Part shown: positions 43,277 to 52,976 of the stretch, piece by piece
Numbering within the stretch: position 1 is the stretch's first letter
Layout: each line of letters starts with the position of its first letter
Source of the DNA: Rickettsia typhi
Lineage (GTDB): Bacteria; Pseudomonadota; Alphaproteobacteria; Rickettsiales; UBA1997
Assembly: GCA_945875925.1 (NCBI GenBank)
Contig: CAMCME010000004.1
Span: 1-53,081 of the forward strand
DNA length: 53,081 nt
Direction: 5' to 3'
The notes under the pieces: model-generated
Database searches by the model: none
What the model saw: the letters and a program-made list of their open reading frames with translations, nothing else
What the model was told of the DNA's origin: nothing
Position numbers and translations under genes: made by a program

Positions 43277-43281
43277 AATTT

Positions 43282-44388
43282 TTAGATTTTTTTGTAACCG
43301 CAAATCTTGATTTTATAACCATCAAGACCAATTACAGATTTTTTAGAGTTAGTTAAAAGAACCATGTTACGCACGCCCAAATCAGCTAAAATCTGCGCGC
43401 CAGTTCCATAATTTCTTAATTCTTTTTCTTTGTTTTTCGGTTGGTTTTCATTGCTTTTCAAAAGATGTGAAATCGATTCATTAGGCTGTCTAATAATCAC
43501 AATCACACCTGATTCGCTTTTAGAAATTTTTTTAATCGCCTTAGCAAGCAAGCCAGTTTTCGGATTTTCTACATCTTCCAAACAATCATTAAAAATATTT
43601 AGATGATGCATACGAACCAATGTCGGTTTGTTTGCGTCAATTTTTCCTTTTACCAAAGCAATGTGATCAACATTGTCGACTTTGCTTTTGTAAATCACCA
43701 AATCAAATTCACCGCCTTGTTTATGGATAAATTTTCCTCTTTCTTTCACTTCAATTAGTTTCTCGTTGGTGCGGCGATATTCAATCAAATCGGCAATTGT
43801 GGCAATTTTCATTTGATGATTTTGTGCGAATTTGATCAAGTCGGGCATACGCGCCATTGATCCATCATCATTCATTATTTCGCAAATTACGCCTGAATGA
43901 TCAAGCCCAGCCAAAGCCGCAATATCAACAGCTGCTTCGGTGTGACCAGCTCTAACTAACACGCCTCCTTTTTCTGCTTTTAATGGAAAAATATGTCCAG
44001 GGCTAACCAAAGATTCTTTGCCTTTTTTTGGATCAATGGCATCGCGAATAGTTTTAGCGCGATCGAAAGCCGAAATTCCTGTAGAAATTCCTTCCTTAGC
44101 TTCAATTGAAACTGTAAAAGCAGTTTGATGACGCGACTGATTATTGGTGGACATTAAGGGCAGGTTAAGATCTCTAACTCTTTCTTCCGTAAGCGTTAAA
44201 CAAATCAAGCCACGACCAAATTTTGCCATGAAATTAACTTTTTTGTCATCACACATCGCAGCAGGAATTACTAAATCTCCTTCATTTTCTCTTCCCTCAT
44301 CATCCACCAAAATAAACATGTTACCTTGTTTGGCTTCTTCAATAATTTCAGGAATTGTCGCTAGATATTTTTGTTCTTTTTTTGGCAT
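43282..44388 (-). CDS. ribB: DHBP synthase fused to a degenerate GTP cyclohydrolase II domain (RibBX)
   Basis: DDEGRENEGD, PGHIFPL, GHTEA, CEI; C-terminal domain lacks the Zn-binding cysteine set. Confidence 0.92.
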   Translation of the reverse strand: MPKKEQKYLATIPEIIEEAKQGNMFILVDDEGRENEGDLVIPAAMCDDKKVNFMAKFGRGLICLTLTEERVRDLNLPLMSTNNQSRHQTAFTVSIEAKEGISTGISAFDRAKTIRDAIDPKKGKESLVSPGHIFPLKAEKGGVLVRAGHTEAAVDIAALAGLDHSGVICEIMNDDGSMARMPDLIKFAQNHQMKIATIADLIEYRRTNEKLIEVKERGKFIHKQGGEFDLVIYKSKVDNVDHIALVKGKIDANKPTLVRMHHLNIFNDCLEDVENPKTGLLAKAIKKISKSESGVIVIIRQPNESISHLLKSNENQPKNKEKELRNYGTGAQILADLGVRNMVLLTNSKKSVIGLDGYKIKICGYKKI

Positions 44389-44436
44389 GTTTTTTAGTTT
44401 TTATTTTTTCTGTGTTTCGTATTTTTGCATTCTGAT

Positions 44437-44472
44437 TAACCGGTGGTTTCGACTCCGCTCAACCACCGGTTA
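44437..44472. repeat. Single-arm copy of the cobT palindrome family
   Basis: taaccggtggtttcgactccgctcaaccaccggtta. Confidence 0.85.
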
Positions 44473-44480
44473 GGTGCATT

Positions 44481-45092
44481 TTATTTCTTTGCGATCAACC
44501 TCTCCAAATAACGCGCCATCATATCAATCTCTAAATTCACCAAGTCACCAACTTTTGCAATTTTAAATGCAGTATTTTCAATGGTGTGTGCAATTAAATT
44601 CACCTCAAAATTTTCATCCTCAACTTCATTCACCGTCAAAGAAGTTCCATTCAAAGTCACCGAACCTTTTGGCGAAATAAATTTCATTAAATTTTTATCT
44701 TTAACCGCAAAAGTAAATTTATGTGAATCTTTAATTTTCTTAATCGCCACTATTTTCGCGCATCCATCAACATGGCCTAAAACCAAGTGTCCACCAAGTT
44801 CATCACCAAATCTCAAAGCAAATTCCAAATTCACCAATTCAGAAATTTGCCAGTTTTTAAGATTAGTTTTATCCAGAGTTTCTTTAGAAGCTTGAAAATT
44901 CAGGAGAGTCTTTTTTTGAGAAATTTCTTTTTTAATCAGAGTCAAACAAACTCCGTTGCAGGCAATAGAACATCCAATTTCTAGCTTTCGACCAATAATT
45001 TTTTTTGTAGATATTTTTACCAGAAGATCTTTCTTTGCACCAAATTCTAATTCTTCAACCGCACCAATATTAGTAATTATTCCTGTGAACAT
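44481..45092 (-). CDS. ribE: Riboflavin synthase (alpha chain)
   Basis: MFTGII, NGVCLT, GGHLVLGHVD, GTSLTV, VNLE.D. Confidence 0.95.
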   Translation of the reverse strand: MFTGIITNIGAVEELEFGAKKDLLVKISTKKIIGRKLEIGCSIACNGVCLTLIKKEISQKKTLLNFQASKETLDKTNLKNWQISELVNLEFALRFGDELGGHLVLGHVDGCAKIVAIKKIKDSHKFTFAVKDKNLMKFISPKGSVTLNGTSLTVNEVEDENFEVNLIAHTIENTAFKIAKVGDLVNLEIDMMARYLERLIAKK

Positions 45093-45098
45093 TAGTTT

Positions 45099-46025
45099 TT
45101 AAGCGAAAGAAGAATTTGCCAAAGATGCATTAGCAAAGCGCTTCTGCATCTTGCTCACTTCTTTTTTGATTTTGTCAATTGCACCCGCTTCAATTTGTCT
45201 GATGCGTTCGCGCGAGATGTTGTATATTTGGCTTAGATCTTCCAAAGTGTGCGGATTTTCTGACATTTGGCGTTTCATGATAATGTCTTTTTCGCGCTCA
45301 TTAAGTGTAGCCAGAGCGGTTCTAAGCATAAATTCTTGGCGCGAAGTTTCTTGATTTTCAATAGCCAAATCTTCCTGTGTTTCTTGATTCGCCACCAATA
45401 AATCCATCGCTTCATTGCCATCTTCTTCATCACCAATCATGGCGTTTAAAGAAGAGTCAGACTGTTGTAATCTAGAATCCATGTCGATCACATCTTTTTT
45501 CGAAACATGTAAATCTTTGGCAATTCTCTCGATATTTTCGTCAGAAAGAGAACTGCGATTTGAGGCGTCGTCGATTCTTTTTTTGATTTTATTTAAATTG
45601 AAGAAAAGCTTTTTTTGAGCAACTGTCGTACCAATTTTTACCAGCGACCAAGAACGCAAAACATATTCTTGAATTTGCGCTCTGATCCACCACATAGCGT
45701 AAGTAGAGAAGCGAAAGCCTTTACTTGGATCAAATTTTTTAACAGCTTGAATTAAACCAACATTTCCTTCCGAAACTAAATCGGTAATTGGCAGACCATA
45801 ATTTCTGAATTTTCCAGCAATTTTCACCACTAATCGTAAATGGCTTTGCACTAAAATTTTTGCAGATTCTTTGTCTCCATGATCTTTAAATTTCATGCCA
45901 TGTTCATATTCTTCTTCTGGCGTAAGAATGGGGAATTTTTGAATTTCTTTTAGATATTGTAAGAACCCTGAATCAGCTGATTTTGCAATGTTTGAATGCG
46001 ATAATGATATTACACTTGTTTTCAT
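45099..46025 (-). CDS. rpoH: RNA polymerase sigma-32 factor
   Basis: HLRLVVKIA, RFSTYAMWWI, RpoH box QKKLFFNL, SRERIRQIE. Confidence 0.93.
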   Translation of the reverse strand: MKTSVISLSHSNIAKSADSGFLQYLKEIQKFPILTPEEEYEHGMKFKDHGDKESAKILVQSHLRLVVKIAGKFRNYGLPITDLVSEGNVGLIQAVKKFDPSKGFRFSTYAMWWIRAQIQEYVLRSWSLVKIGTTVAQKKLFFNLNKIKKRIDDASNRSSLSDENIERIAKDLHVSKKDVIDMDSRLQQSDSSLNAMIGDEEDGNEAMDLLVANQETQEDLAIENQETSRQEFMLRTALATLNEREKDIIMKRQMSENPHTLEDLSQIYNISRERIRQIEAGAIDKIKKEVSKMQKRFANASLANSSFA

Positions 46026-46123
46026 AAATGACCTCCGAATTAAAGAGTTTTTTCAAGTTCAAGGAAGTAAACAACTTAGTAATTTCTTAAGGATTATCAA
46101 GGTGGTTAGTTAAAAAATCTCAA

Positions 46124-46981
46124 CTAAAGATTAGCAACAGCAACGCCATATTTTTTGGAAAGATATCTCATTATGTCCTTTCTTTCCTGAAGATTTAGAA
46201 CGCGATTGTAAACAATAATTTCTGAAATTAATCCGTTAAAACCGGCGTCATTATTGCGGTCTGACCCGATTTTGATTCCAGTTAAAATATTTGATCCTGC
46301 ATTAAACATCGATCCTCCAGATATATTTAAAGCATCATTTATATAAGCTTTAGAAGATGTGGAATTATAATATACAGCTCCTATGTAATTATCTCCGCCG
46401 GTGAAAGTTAATGGACTGGTCGAAAATACATAATTTGTGCCAAAATGCATTTGAAAGCTGCTTGGTGAAAATATTCCAAAGACAGCGATATTAGAAGTTT
46501 GACCAGCATCTACAATAACAGAATTATTTGTTACAATAAAAGGCTGTACCACAAAAAATATGGTATTTTGTGTAGAAGTGCCTTGATAAAAATTTGACAA
46601 AACAATGCCACCAGCCCCACCAAACTGAACGCTCGGGAGTTTATTGATGCCATTTGAAGACATTGTTATATTGTTGCTGGCCGTAACTGTTAAGCTATTC
46701 TTTTTTCCTATAACAGATCCTGGGCTGATGTCATACCAAGTGGTGATTTGTGAACCATTTTCTAGTTCGTTTGTTTTAAAACTTTTGGTTAATGTTGGTT
46801 CATACCAAGCAACTAGACCATCAGTTGTTGGCACGGGTGAAGTGGAGGTTATTGATCTAGCATTGGTAATTCTAGCTTGTTTAATTGCACTAGTTCCTTG
46901 CAACACGCCGACCGACATCAATAAAATAACAAGAAGTACAACTGATAACTCAACAAGAGAAAACGCTTTAGATTTTTTCAT
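46124..46981 (-). CDS. Prepilin-type N-terminal protein with LamG-like domain (paralog of 42404..43276)
   Basis: MKKSKA|FSLVE; ARSIT..SPV; WYDISP; GLISEIIVYNRVL...ER....YLSKKYG. Confidence 0.8.
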   Translation of the reverse strand: MKKSKAFSLVELSVVLLVILLMSVGVLQGTSAIKQARITNARSITSTSPVPTTDGLVAWYEPTLTKSFKTNELENGSQITTWYDISPGSVIGKKNSLTVTASNNITMSSNGINKLPSVQFGGAGGIVLSNFYQGTSTQNTIFFVVQPFIVTNNSVIVDAGQTSNIAVFGIFSPSSFQMHFGTNYVFSTSPLTFTGGDNYIGAVYYNSTSSKAYINDALNISGGSMFNAGSNILTGIKIGSDRNNDAGFNGLISEIIVYNRVLNLQERKDIMRYLSKKYGVAVANL

Positions 46982-47026
46982 ATTTACTGAGGGTTGGTTG
47001 TTGGACTTCAAAATTTGTCTTACCTG

Positions 47027-47123
47027 AGTGTTACCCTGCAATTGTTGTGGGGTCTATTGTGCCACAAATAAAATATTAGAATTATGACGATATGGACCCC
47101 GCAAAAAGTGCGGTTGTGACACT
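47027..47123. repeat. RPE/REP-like palindrome
   Basis: agtgttac...ttgtggggtcta / tggaccccgcaa...gtgacact. Confidence 0.65.
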
Positions 47124-47132
47124 GAAATATTT

Positions 47133-48632
47133 TTAATTAACCTCTTGATCCATCCAAGTTAATACAGGGGTTTTTGCAGCTTTCACATCATCCAATCTTC
47201 TTCTTGGAGTTGAAAGTGGATAATTGTGGAATCTTTCTCCATTTCCAGTTTCAACTTCTTTCGCAATGTAAATCATATTTGCGATAAATTGATCAATAGT
47301 TTCGCGAGTTTCAGTTTCTGTAGGTTCAATCAACATCGCACCTTGCACCACAAGTGGGAAGAAAACTGTCATTGGATGCATACCATATTCAACCAATGCT
47401 TTGGCAATATCTAAAGTTGAAGTGCCTTTAGCCTTTTGAAGTTTGTCAGTTAACAAACATTCATGCATACAATTGCCTTCAAATGGCACATGGAAATGAT
47501 CTTTCAATTTTGCCAAAATGTAATTTGCGCTTAAAACTGAATCTTCAGCAACTTTTTGCAAACCATCAGCACCATGAGAAAGCATGTAAGCCAATGCTCT
47601 GACATGCATACCAAATTGTCCGTTAAATCCCTTCACTTTTCCGCAAGTGTTTTTTGGCGCGATAAGTTTGAAAGTTTCGCCTTCTTTCACAACATGTGGA
47701 GTTGGTAAAAATTCAGCTAGTTCAGCGCGCACTGCGATTGGTCCAGAACCTGGTCCTCCGCCACCATGAGGAGTTGAGAAAGTTTTGTGTAAGTTAAAAT
47801 GCATCACATCCACACCAATATCAGCAGGGCGAACTTTACCAACAATCGCGTTATAATTCGCGCCGTCGCAATAGAAATATCCACCAACTGAGTGAATTAA
47901 ATCAGCGATTTCTTTTATATTTTTTTCAAATTTTCCGCAAGTATTCGGATTAGTAATCATGGTTCCAGCAATTGATTTGCCATGCTCAGCAACCAATTTT
48001 TTCAAAGCTTCCACATCAATCAAACCTTCTTTGTCAGACGGAATTACTTTAATTTGAAAACCACACATTGCTGCAGTTGCAGGATTTGTGCCGTGAGCTG
48101 AATCTGGAATCAAAACAATTTTACGAGTTTCAGCTTCACCTTTTTTCTCATGAGCTTTTTTAATTACCAACATGCCAGAAAATTCACCTTGCGCACCTGC
48201 CGCTGGAGCCAAAGAAACTGCGCCCAAACCAGTTAAAGTTGCTAACCAATATTGTAAATTAAACATCAATTCTAAAGCGCCTTGCACGGTGGACTGATCT
48301 TGCAAAGGATGAATGTCACCAAATCCTGGTAAGCGCGCCATTTTTTCATTCAAACGTGGGTTATGTTTCATGGTGCAAGAACCCAAAGGATAAAAGCCGC
48401 TATCAATTGAATAATTTTGGTTAGAAAGACGCACAAAATGTCTAATAACTTGTGGTTCATTCACTTCAGCCAGACCGATTTTTGATCTTTTATTTTGTCC
48501 AGTTCTTAAGGAAAAATTCGCAACTTTTGGCAAATCAACGCCACAAGCACCTTCTCTAGATTGTCTGATCAATAAATCAGTTTCTTGATTCAATCCGATT
48601 TCTTTAGGGATATAATTTGAAGTAAATGTCAT
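47133..48632 (-). CDS. gcvPB: Glycine dehydrogenase subunit 2
   Basis: PLGSCTMK, SAHGTNPA, NLHKTFSTPHGGGGPG, IEPTETE. Confidence 0.96.
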   Translation of the reverse strand: MTFTSNYIPKEIGLNQETDLLIRQSREGACGVDLPKVANFSLRTGQNKRSKIGLAEVNEPQVIRHFVRLSNQNYSIDSGFYPLGSCTMKHNPRLNEKMARLPGFGDIHPLQDQSTVQGALELMFNLQYWLATLTGLGAVSLAPAAGAQGEFSGMLVIKKAHEKKGEAETRKIVLIPDSAHGTNPATAAMCGFQIKVIPSDKEGLIDVEALKKLVAEHGKSIAGTMITNPNTCGKFEKNIKEIADLIHSVGGYFYCDGANYNAIVGKVRPADIGVDVMHFNLHKTFSTPHGGGGPGSGPIAVRAELAEFLPTPHVVKEGETFKLIAPKNTCGKVKGFNGQFGMHVRALAYMLSHGADGLQKVAEDSVLSANYILAKLKDHFHVPFEGNCMHECLLTDKLQKAKGTSTLDIAKALVEYGMHPMTVFFPLVVQGAMLIEPTETETRETIDQFIANMIYIAKEVETGNGERFHNYPLSTPRRRLDDVKAAKTPVLTWMDQEVN

Positions 48633-48641
48633 AAAAATTAG

Positions 48642-48899
48642 TTATTTATTATTTTTATTTTGTTGCATTAGTAATTCATAAAGAGACTCCGGAGCCAAGT
48701 CAGCACCGTTTTCCCAAGATAAAGTATCGTTTTCTATTTTGAAATTTTTGAAGTAACCAATATCTTGTAATGGTCCAAAAACCCCACCTCTATTTTTTAA
48801 TTTTTGAGTTAAATCAATTTCTCCTTCTTTGCCATCATCAAAGGCGATCCAAACTTTGTAATCTTTAATGTGTTTTGCACTTATTACAGATTCAAACAT
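48642..48899 (-). CDS. DUF2442 family putative antitoxin
   Basis: F.DG..G..DL, F.PL.D..YF, W.NGADLAPE.LY. Confidence 0.85.
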   Translation of the reverse strand: MFESVISAKHIKDYKVWIAFDDGKEGEIDLTQKLKNRGGVFGPLQDIGYFKNFKIENDTLSWENGADLAPESLYELLMQQNKNNK

Positions 48900-48902
48900 C
48901 TC

Positions 48903-49331
48903 TTACTCCAAAGGTTCTATTTTATTTAAAGGCTGATCATTTACAGCCAGTTGCCAATCTTGTAGCAATTCTTCTTTATGAAGATCATACCAATCCAAGA
49001 CAGCTCTCAAAGCCCTTTTTGGAAATTTTCCAATTACTATACCAAATAAACTATTTCTAGATTTGGTATTTATAATCCAAACTAACTTCATCTTTTTGGC
49101 TAAAAATTGTAAAAAGCCTCAAGTTGTATGAGTATACAACTTTCATTTTTTACAATTTTTATCTCAAAAATATTTTGTTAGTTCGGACTATAAATAGTTT
49201 ATTTGGTATATTCCTGACTCAATTTCAACGGAAATTTTAAAATCACCGTATTTTGCATGAAAATGCGGCGGATTATGTTCGTCGTAATACATTGAAATCA
49301 CGATCCCAAGAAATCAGCTTATCTCTGGCAT
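48903..49331 (-). pseudogene. DUF4160 family putative toxin, inactivated by TGA at codon 6 and an ERIC-like insertion
   Basis: Reconstructs to MPEIS*FLGIVISMYYDEHNPPHFHAKY...ESG|IVIGKFPKRA...W...IEPLE (85 codons). Confidence 0.9.
49040..49208. mobile_element. ERIC-like element, copy D (169 bp, TA duplication)
   Basis: TA at 49038-39 and 49209-10; removal restores the reading frame; near-identical to copy C. Confidence 0.95.
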
Positions 49332-49391
49332 ATTTTGTGGTGTGTTTGGGTTTTTTTTGGTGTTTGTAAAGCGATAACTCGAAACTCTTTT

Positions 49392-50669
49392 TTACTTCAA
49401 AACTTCCGCCAATTCTTTAGCAAAAATTTCAATATCTTGTGCGCTAGTTAATTCACTAACTGCCACAACCATTTTATTTCCTTGTGCAAAACCGCCGATG
49501 ATATTTTTAGCTAATAATTTTTTATTAACTTCATTTGCGTCTTTTGAAAGTTCAATTGCGAACTCATTAAAGAAACTCTTATTCAAAACCTTCACGCCTT
49601 TAACTTTTTCTAAAGCATCAGCCAAATCACAAGCTTTTTTGTGATTGATCAAAGCCAATTGTTTGAAACCAATTTCACCAAGCAAAGAAACATGAATTGT
49701 AAATGCAGTTGCGCATAAGCCTTGGTTTGAGCAGATATTTGAAGTAGCTTTTTCGCGGCGAATATGTTGTTCGCGAGCGTTAAGAGTTAAAACATATCCG
49801 TCTTTTCCATCAACATCAGAAGTTGCACCGCAAATTCTACCAGGCATTTGGCGCATAAATTCTTTTTTACAAGCGAAGAATCCAAGTAATGGACCGCCAA
49901 AATTTAAACCAACACCAATGCTTGAAGCTTCACCAACACAAATATCAGCTTGTTTTGGAGCTTCCAGAAGTCCAAGTGATAAAATTTCGTTGGTCACCAC
50001 AATTAATAAAGTGCCAGCTTCATCACATTTTTTTCTCAAATCATCTAAATTTCCAACTTCGCCGTGGAAGTTTGGATATTGTACCACAACAGCGGCGCAA
50101 GTTTCATCAATTTCAGAAACCAATTTTGAGTCATTCAAATCAAGTGAAGTTTTAGTAACTTCTAAATAATCGGGATGCATGTCACCAATAATCGCGATAT
50201 TTTTGCGGCTAGATTTAATACGAAGCGCCATCAAACAGCTTTCAGACATTGCAGTTGCGCCGTCATACATAGAAGCGTTAGCAATTTCCATTCCAGTTAA
50301 AAGAGCTATGATGCTTTGGAATTGGAAAATTACTGCCAAAGTTCCTTGAGAAATTTCTGGCTGGTAAGGAGTGTAAGAAGTTAAGAATTCTGAGCGTTGA
50401 ATAATATGATCAACTGCAGCTGGAACATGGTGTTTATAGCAACCTGCTCCTAAGAAAAATGGGCCTTCAGAAGCGCTGCGATTTTTAGCAGCTAAACCTT
50501 TTAGGTAATTTTCAACTTCAAGTTCACCTTGGTGATCTTGTAGGCCTGAAATTGGTTGTTTAAGTAGTAAATCTGAAGGGACTGCATCAAAAAGTTCATC
50601 GACATTTTTTACGCCGATAATTTTCAGCATCTCTTGTCTGTCCTTAGGAGTTAGGGCTAGATAACGCAT
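49392..50669 (-). CDS. gcvPA: Glycine dehydrogenase subunit 1
   Basis: FLGAG.Y, YTPYQPEISQG, NASMYDGAT, REQHIRREKATSNIC. Confidence 0.96.
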   Translation of the reverse strand: MRYLALTPKDRQEMLKIIGVKNVDELFDAVPSDLLLKQPISGLQDHQGELEVENYLKGLAAKNRSASEGPFFLGAGCYKHHVPAAVDHIIQRSEFLTSYTPYQPEISQGTLAVIFQFQSIIALLTGMEIANASMYDGATAMSESCLMALRIKSSRKNIAIIGDMHPDYLEVTKTSLDLNDSKLVSEIDETCAAVVVQYPNFHGEVGNLDDLRKKCDEAGTLLIVVTNEILSLGLLEAPKQADICVGEASSIGVGLNFGGPLLGFFACKKEFMRQMPGRICGATSDVDGKDGYVLTLNAREQHIRREKATSNICSNQGLCATAFTIHVSLLGEIGFKQLALINHKKACDLADALEKVKGVKVLNKSFFNEFAIELSKDANEVNKKLLAKNIIGGFAQGNKMVVAVSELTSAQDIEIFAKELAEVLK

Positions 50670-50778
50670 ATTTCTAGAAATTTATTTGTGAAAAATGAGT
50701 GATAGGTAAATCGATCGCACAACCTATTTATCAGAACTAATTATTCAACCGCCAAATTTTGGATTTTTTTACATAGGC

Positions 50779-51552
50779 TCAAGCTAGGTTAAAAACATCT
50801 TCCTTTTCTACCAAGGGCATGATCTTTAAAAATCTCTGAACTTCCAAACTTTTCGGATAAGAAAAATATTGTCCTTCTCTAACATTTTTATCTCTCAAAA
50901 TTTTTATTTCCAAACCAGCGGAAATTTTTTCTAAATGATCGATAATCAAGTCACATCCACCTTCATAAAGCTGATTAATATTAAAAAATAATGAGCGATT
51001 TTTATCTACTTCCAAATAAGAAAATCCAAGTATCGCGCCTGTGTCAATTGTGGCGTCACTAATATAATGCAGAGTCGTGCCAATTCTGGACTCACCACTT
51101 AATATTGCCCAAAAACTTGGCATCACGCCGCGATAATTCGGCAAAATTCCTGAATGTAAATTTATTATTCCATGCTTTGGAATATTGATAATTGTGTTTC
51201 TAAAAATCTGTCCAAAACGAATTGAGATAATTAAATCTGGCGCAAATTCTTTAAAATCCTCAAGCGCAATTTCCGAATTAATATTTTCATAACTAACAAT
51301 TTCTGATTGAAAAGATTCAGTGATTTGTTGAAAAGTTAAGAATTTATTTTTCTTATCAACCAAACTATCAATTATTGTAAACCCTTCCTGCTCAACCTTC
51401 GACAATTCCCTCAATTCTTCTGCCAATCCATCCGATTTCCCAACTCCTTGCGATAAAACAATTTTCACTTGATGCTTCTTCAAATCCGCAAATAAAAAAT
51501 TAAGCGCCGTCAGCGCATGAAAATCGTTGTTCAAACAAATAATAATCTTCAT
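50779..51552 (-). CDS. Formyltransferase family protein
   Basis: INLHSGILPNYRG, GTTLH.I....IDTG.I. Confidence 0.85.
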   Translation of the reverse strand: MKIIICLNNDFHALTALNFLFADLKKHQVKIVLSQGVGKSDGLAEELRELSKVEQEGFTIIDSLVDKKNKFLTFQQITESFQSEIVSYENINSEIALEDFKEFAPDLIISIRFGQIFRNTIINIPKHGIINLHSGILPNYRGVMPSFWAILSGESRIGTTLHYISDATIDTGAILGFSYLEVDKNRSLFFNINQLYEGGCDLIIDHLEKISAGLEIKILRDKNVREGQYFSYPKSLEVQRFLKIMPLVEKEDVFNLA

Positions 51553-51561
51553 AAATTAGTT

Positions 51562-52485
51562 TTAATTAAGCATTTCGTTCTTAATCACATCAATAAAATT
51601 TTGTACAATGGGCTTCACGCTTTGGCCGCTTCGTAGTCCAATCAAGTAATTCATCTTTGGAAAAAGATTGGATAAATTTTTTACCACCAAATCACTATCA
51701 TTTTTATTAATGCAAATTGTCGAAACAATTGCTGCAAAATTATTTTCTTTTACAAAATGTTTTAGCATCTCCCAATTACCATTTTCAAACTCGATACTAC
51801 CTGCAAGTTGATGCATTTTTACAGCTTCTTCAAACAGAGGTAAAACTATCAAATTATGATCAATTCTAATTAAATCAAAATTCTTTAAGTCCTTCATATC
51901 ATTGATCATAAGCTTTGCTAAAGGATGTTTTTTATTCATAATTAAAACTGGATCATAAGATGAAATTTCAATCAATTTAATTTCTGTGTTTTTGATTAAA
52001 TTTGGATAAAAAATTAGATCAATTTGATCGTCTTTTAATCTTTTTAAAGCTTCGCTGGCTGGAATATTTCTGATAAATATTTTGCTGTCGGGATTAGATT
52101 TTTTAAAATTCTTAATGATCTTAGGCATGGCGTAAGATATGGCTATATGATGTACTGCTATCTCAATTTTCTTCTGTTCTTTTTTATTCTTTTTATCCAA
52201 AAAACTTTTAATCACCGAATCAAATTCTTGCATCAAAGGGCAGGCCATCTCGTAAAAATTTTCACCATCCGCGGTAAGTGAAATTGGCTTAGAATCTCGT
52301 TTTATAAGTTGCAATCCTAGGTCTCTTTCTAGTGATTGAATTTGTAGAGTAACTGTGGATTGCGTTAAATTCATAACCCGCGCTGCTTCAGAAATACTGC
52401 GGCATCTAGCCACATAATAAAATCCTTTAATCTGTTGTAAGCGATTTTTTTTATATAAAAAATTCTGATCAATTTCATTCTTCAT
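51562..52485 (-). CDS. LysR family transcriptional regulator
   Basis: HTH SISEAARVMNLTQSTVTLQIQSLERDLG, LT..G. Confidence 0.9.
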   Translation of the reverse strand: MKNEIDQNFLYKKNRLQQIKGFYYVARCRSISEAARVMNLTQSTVTLQIQSLERDLGLQLIKRDSKPISLTADGENFYEMACPLMQEFDSVIKSFLDKKNKKEQKKIEIAVHHIAISYAMPKIIKNFKKSNPDSKIFIRNIPASEALKRLKDDQIDLIFYPNLIKNTEIKLIEISSYDPVLIMNKKHPLAKLMINDMKDLKNFDLIRIDHNLIVLPLFEEAVKMHQLAGSIEFENGNWEMLKHFVKENNFAAIVSTICINKNDSDLVVKNLSNLFPKMNYLIGLRSGQSVKPIVQNFIDVIKNEMLN

Positions 52486-52720
52486 CTTAAAATTACCTTA
52501 TATTAATAATATCAATAGTATCATAGATAAAATTAATTTTCTTAATGTCATTAAATGCAGATCTATAATCTCAGATTTTTTACAAAAAGTTCAAAATCAA
52601 CCACATTGAACTTATGTGAAAAATATCTTAGACTGTCATCACCAGTTTTTGTTATGCGTGGTAAAGAAATGCACTTTGAATTAACTACAGAAATTTTTGA
52701 AATAGTGAAAAACACCCAAT

Positions 52721-52755
52721 AAAAAAGCCCCTTTGATTTCTCAAAGAGGCTTTTT
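52721..52755. terminator. Intrinsic terminator (serves a minus-strand transcript; possibly bidirectional)
   Basis: aaaaaagcccctttga...tcaaagaggcttttt. Confidence 0.8.
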
Positions 52756-52765
52756 AAAATTCTGG

Positions 52766-52847
52766 TGTCAGGAGCCACCACCACGCAAACCCGGCGTGTT
52801 GCTTCCTATTCCCTGTAAAGGTATTTTATTCGGAGCAACTCCCAACA
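52766..52847 (-). ncRNA. Candidate structured non-coding RNA
   Basis: GC-rich island in AT-rich intergenic DNA; closing stem tgttgggag/ctcctgaca; inner ttgct/agcaa; followed by a terminator. Confidence 0.5.
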
Positions 52848-52933
52848 AAAATCATTTTTAACTAAAAATTTTTTTTAACAACCAGTTTTTTCATAAATTT
52901 TTTAATTCTTTTTACAAAAACTGATTTTGCAAA

Positions 52934-52976
52934 TGTCCTAGCCCCCAAAAATCCCCCAACTTCAGGAGAGAATTTT
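52934..52976. repeat. Short dispersed repeat, also present at 6506
   Basis: tgtcctagcccccaaaaatcccc. Confidence 0.6.

Noticed and set aside
46982-47041. Longer N-terminus for the prepilin-like ORF
   Set aside because: It begins within a palindromic repeat; ATG 46981 gives a canonical short leader.
48903-49091. 62-aa ORF as a real gene
   Set aside because: It starts inside element D; only its 3' part is the DUF4160 C-terminus.
49314-49316. TGA recoding (genetic code 4/25 or selenocysteine)
   Set aside because: The long conserved genes translate fully under code 11 with TGG for Trp, and fic ends in TGA. A nonsense mutation is simpler.
50670-50778. Glycine riboswitch upstream of gcvPA
   Set aside because: No GGAGA/GAAG/CTCAGG aptamer motifs, and the gap is short and AT-rich.
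52563-52784. 73-aa minus-strand ORF
   Set aside because: It runs through the candidate RNA and terminator and has no recognisable motif.
52761-52850. tRNA, SRP RNA or tmRNA call for the GC-rich segment ending in ACCA
   Set aside because: No T-loop or cloverleaf, and the SRP core motif is only partly matched. Kept as an unassigned candidate ncRNA.
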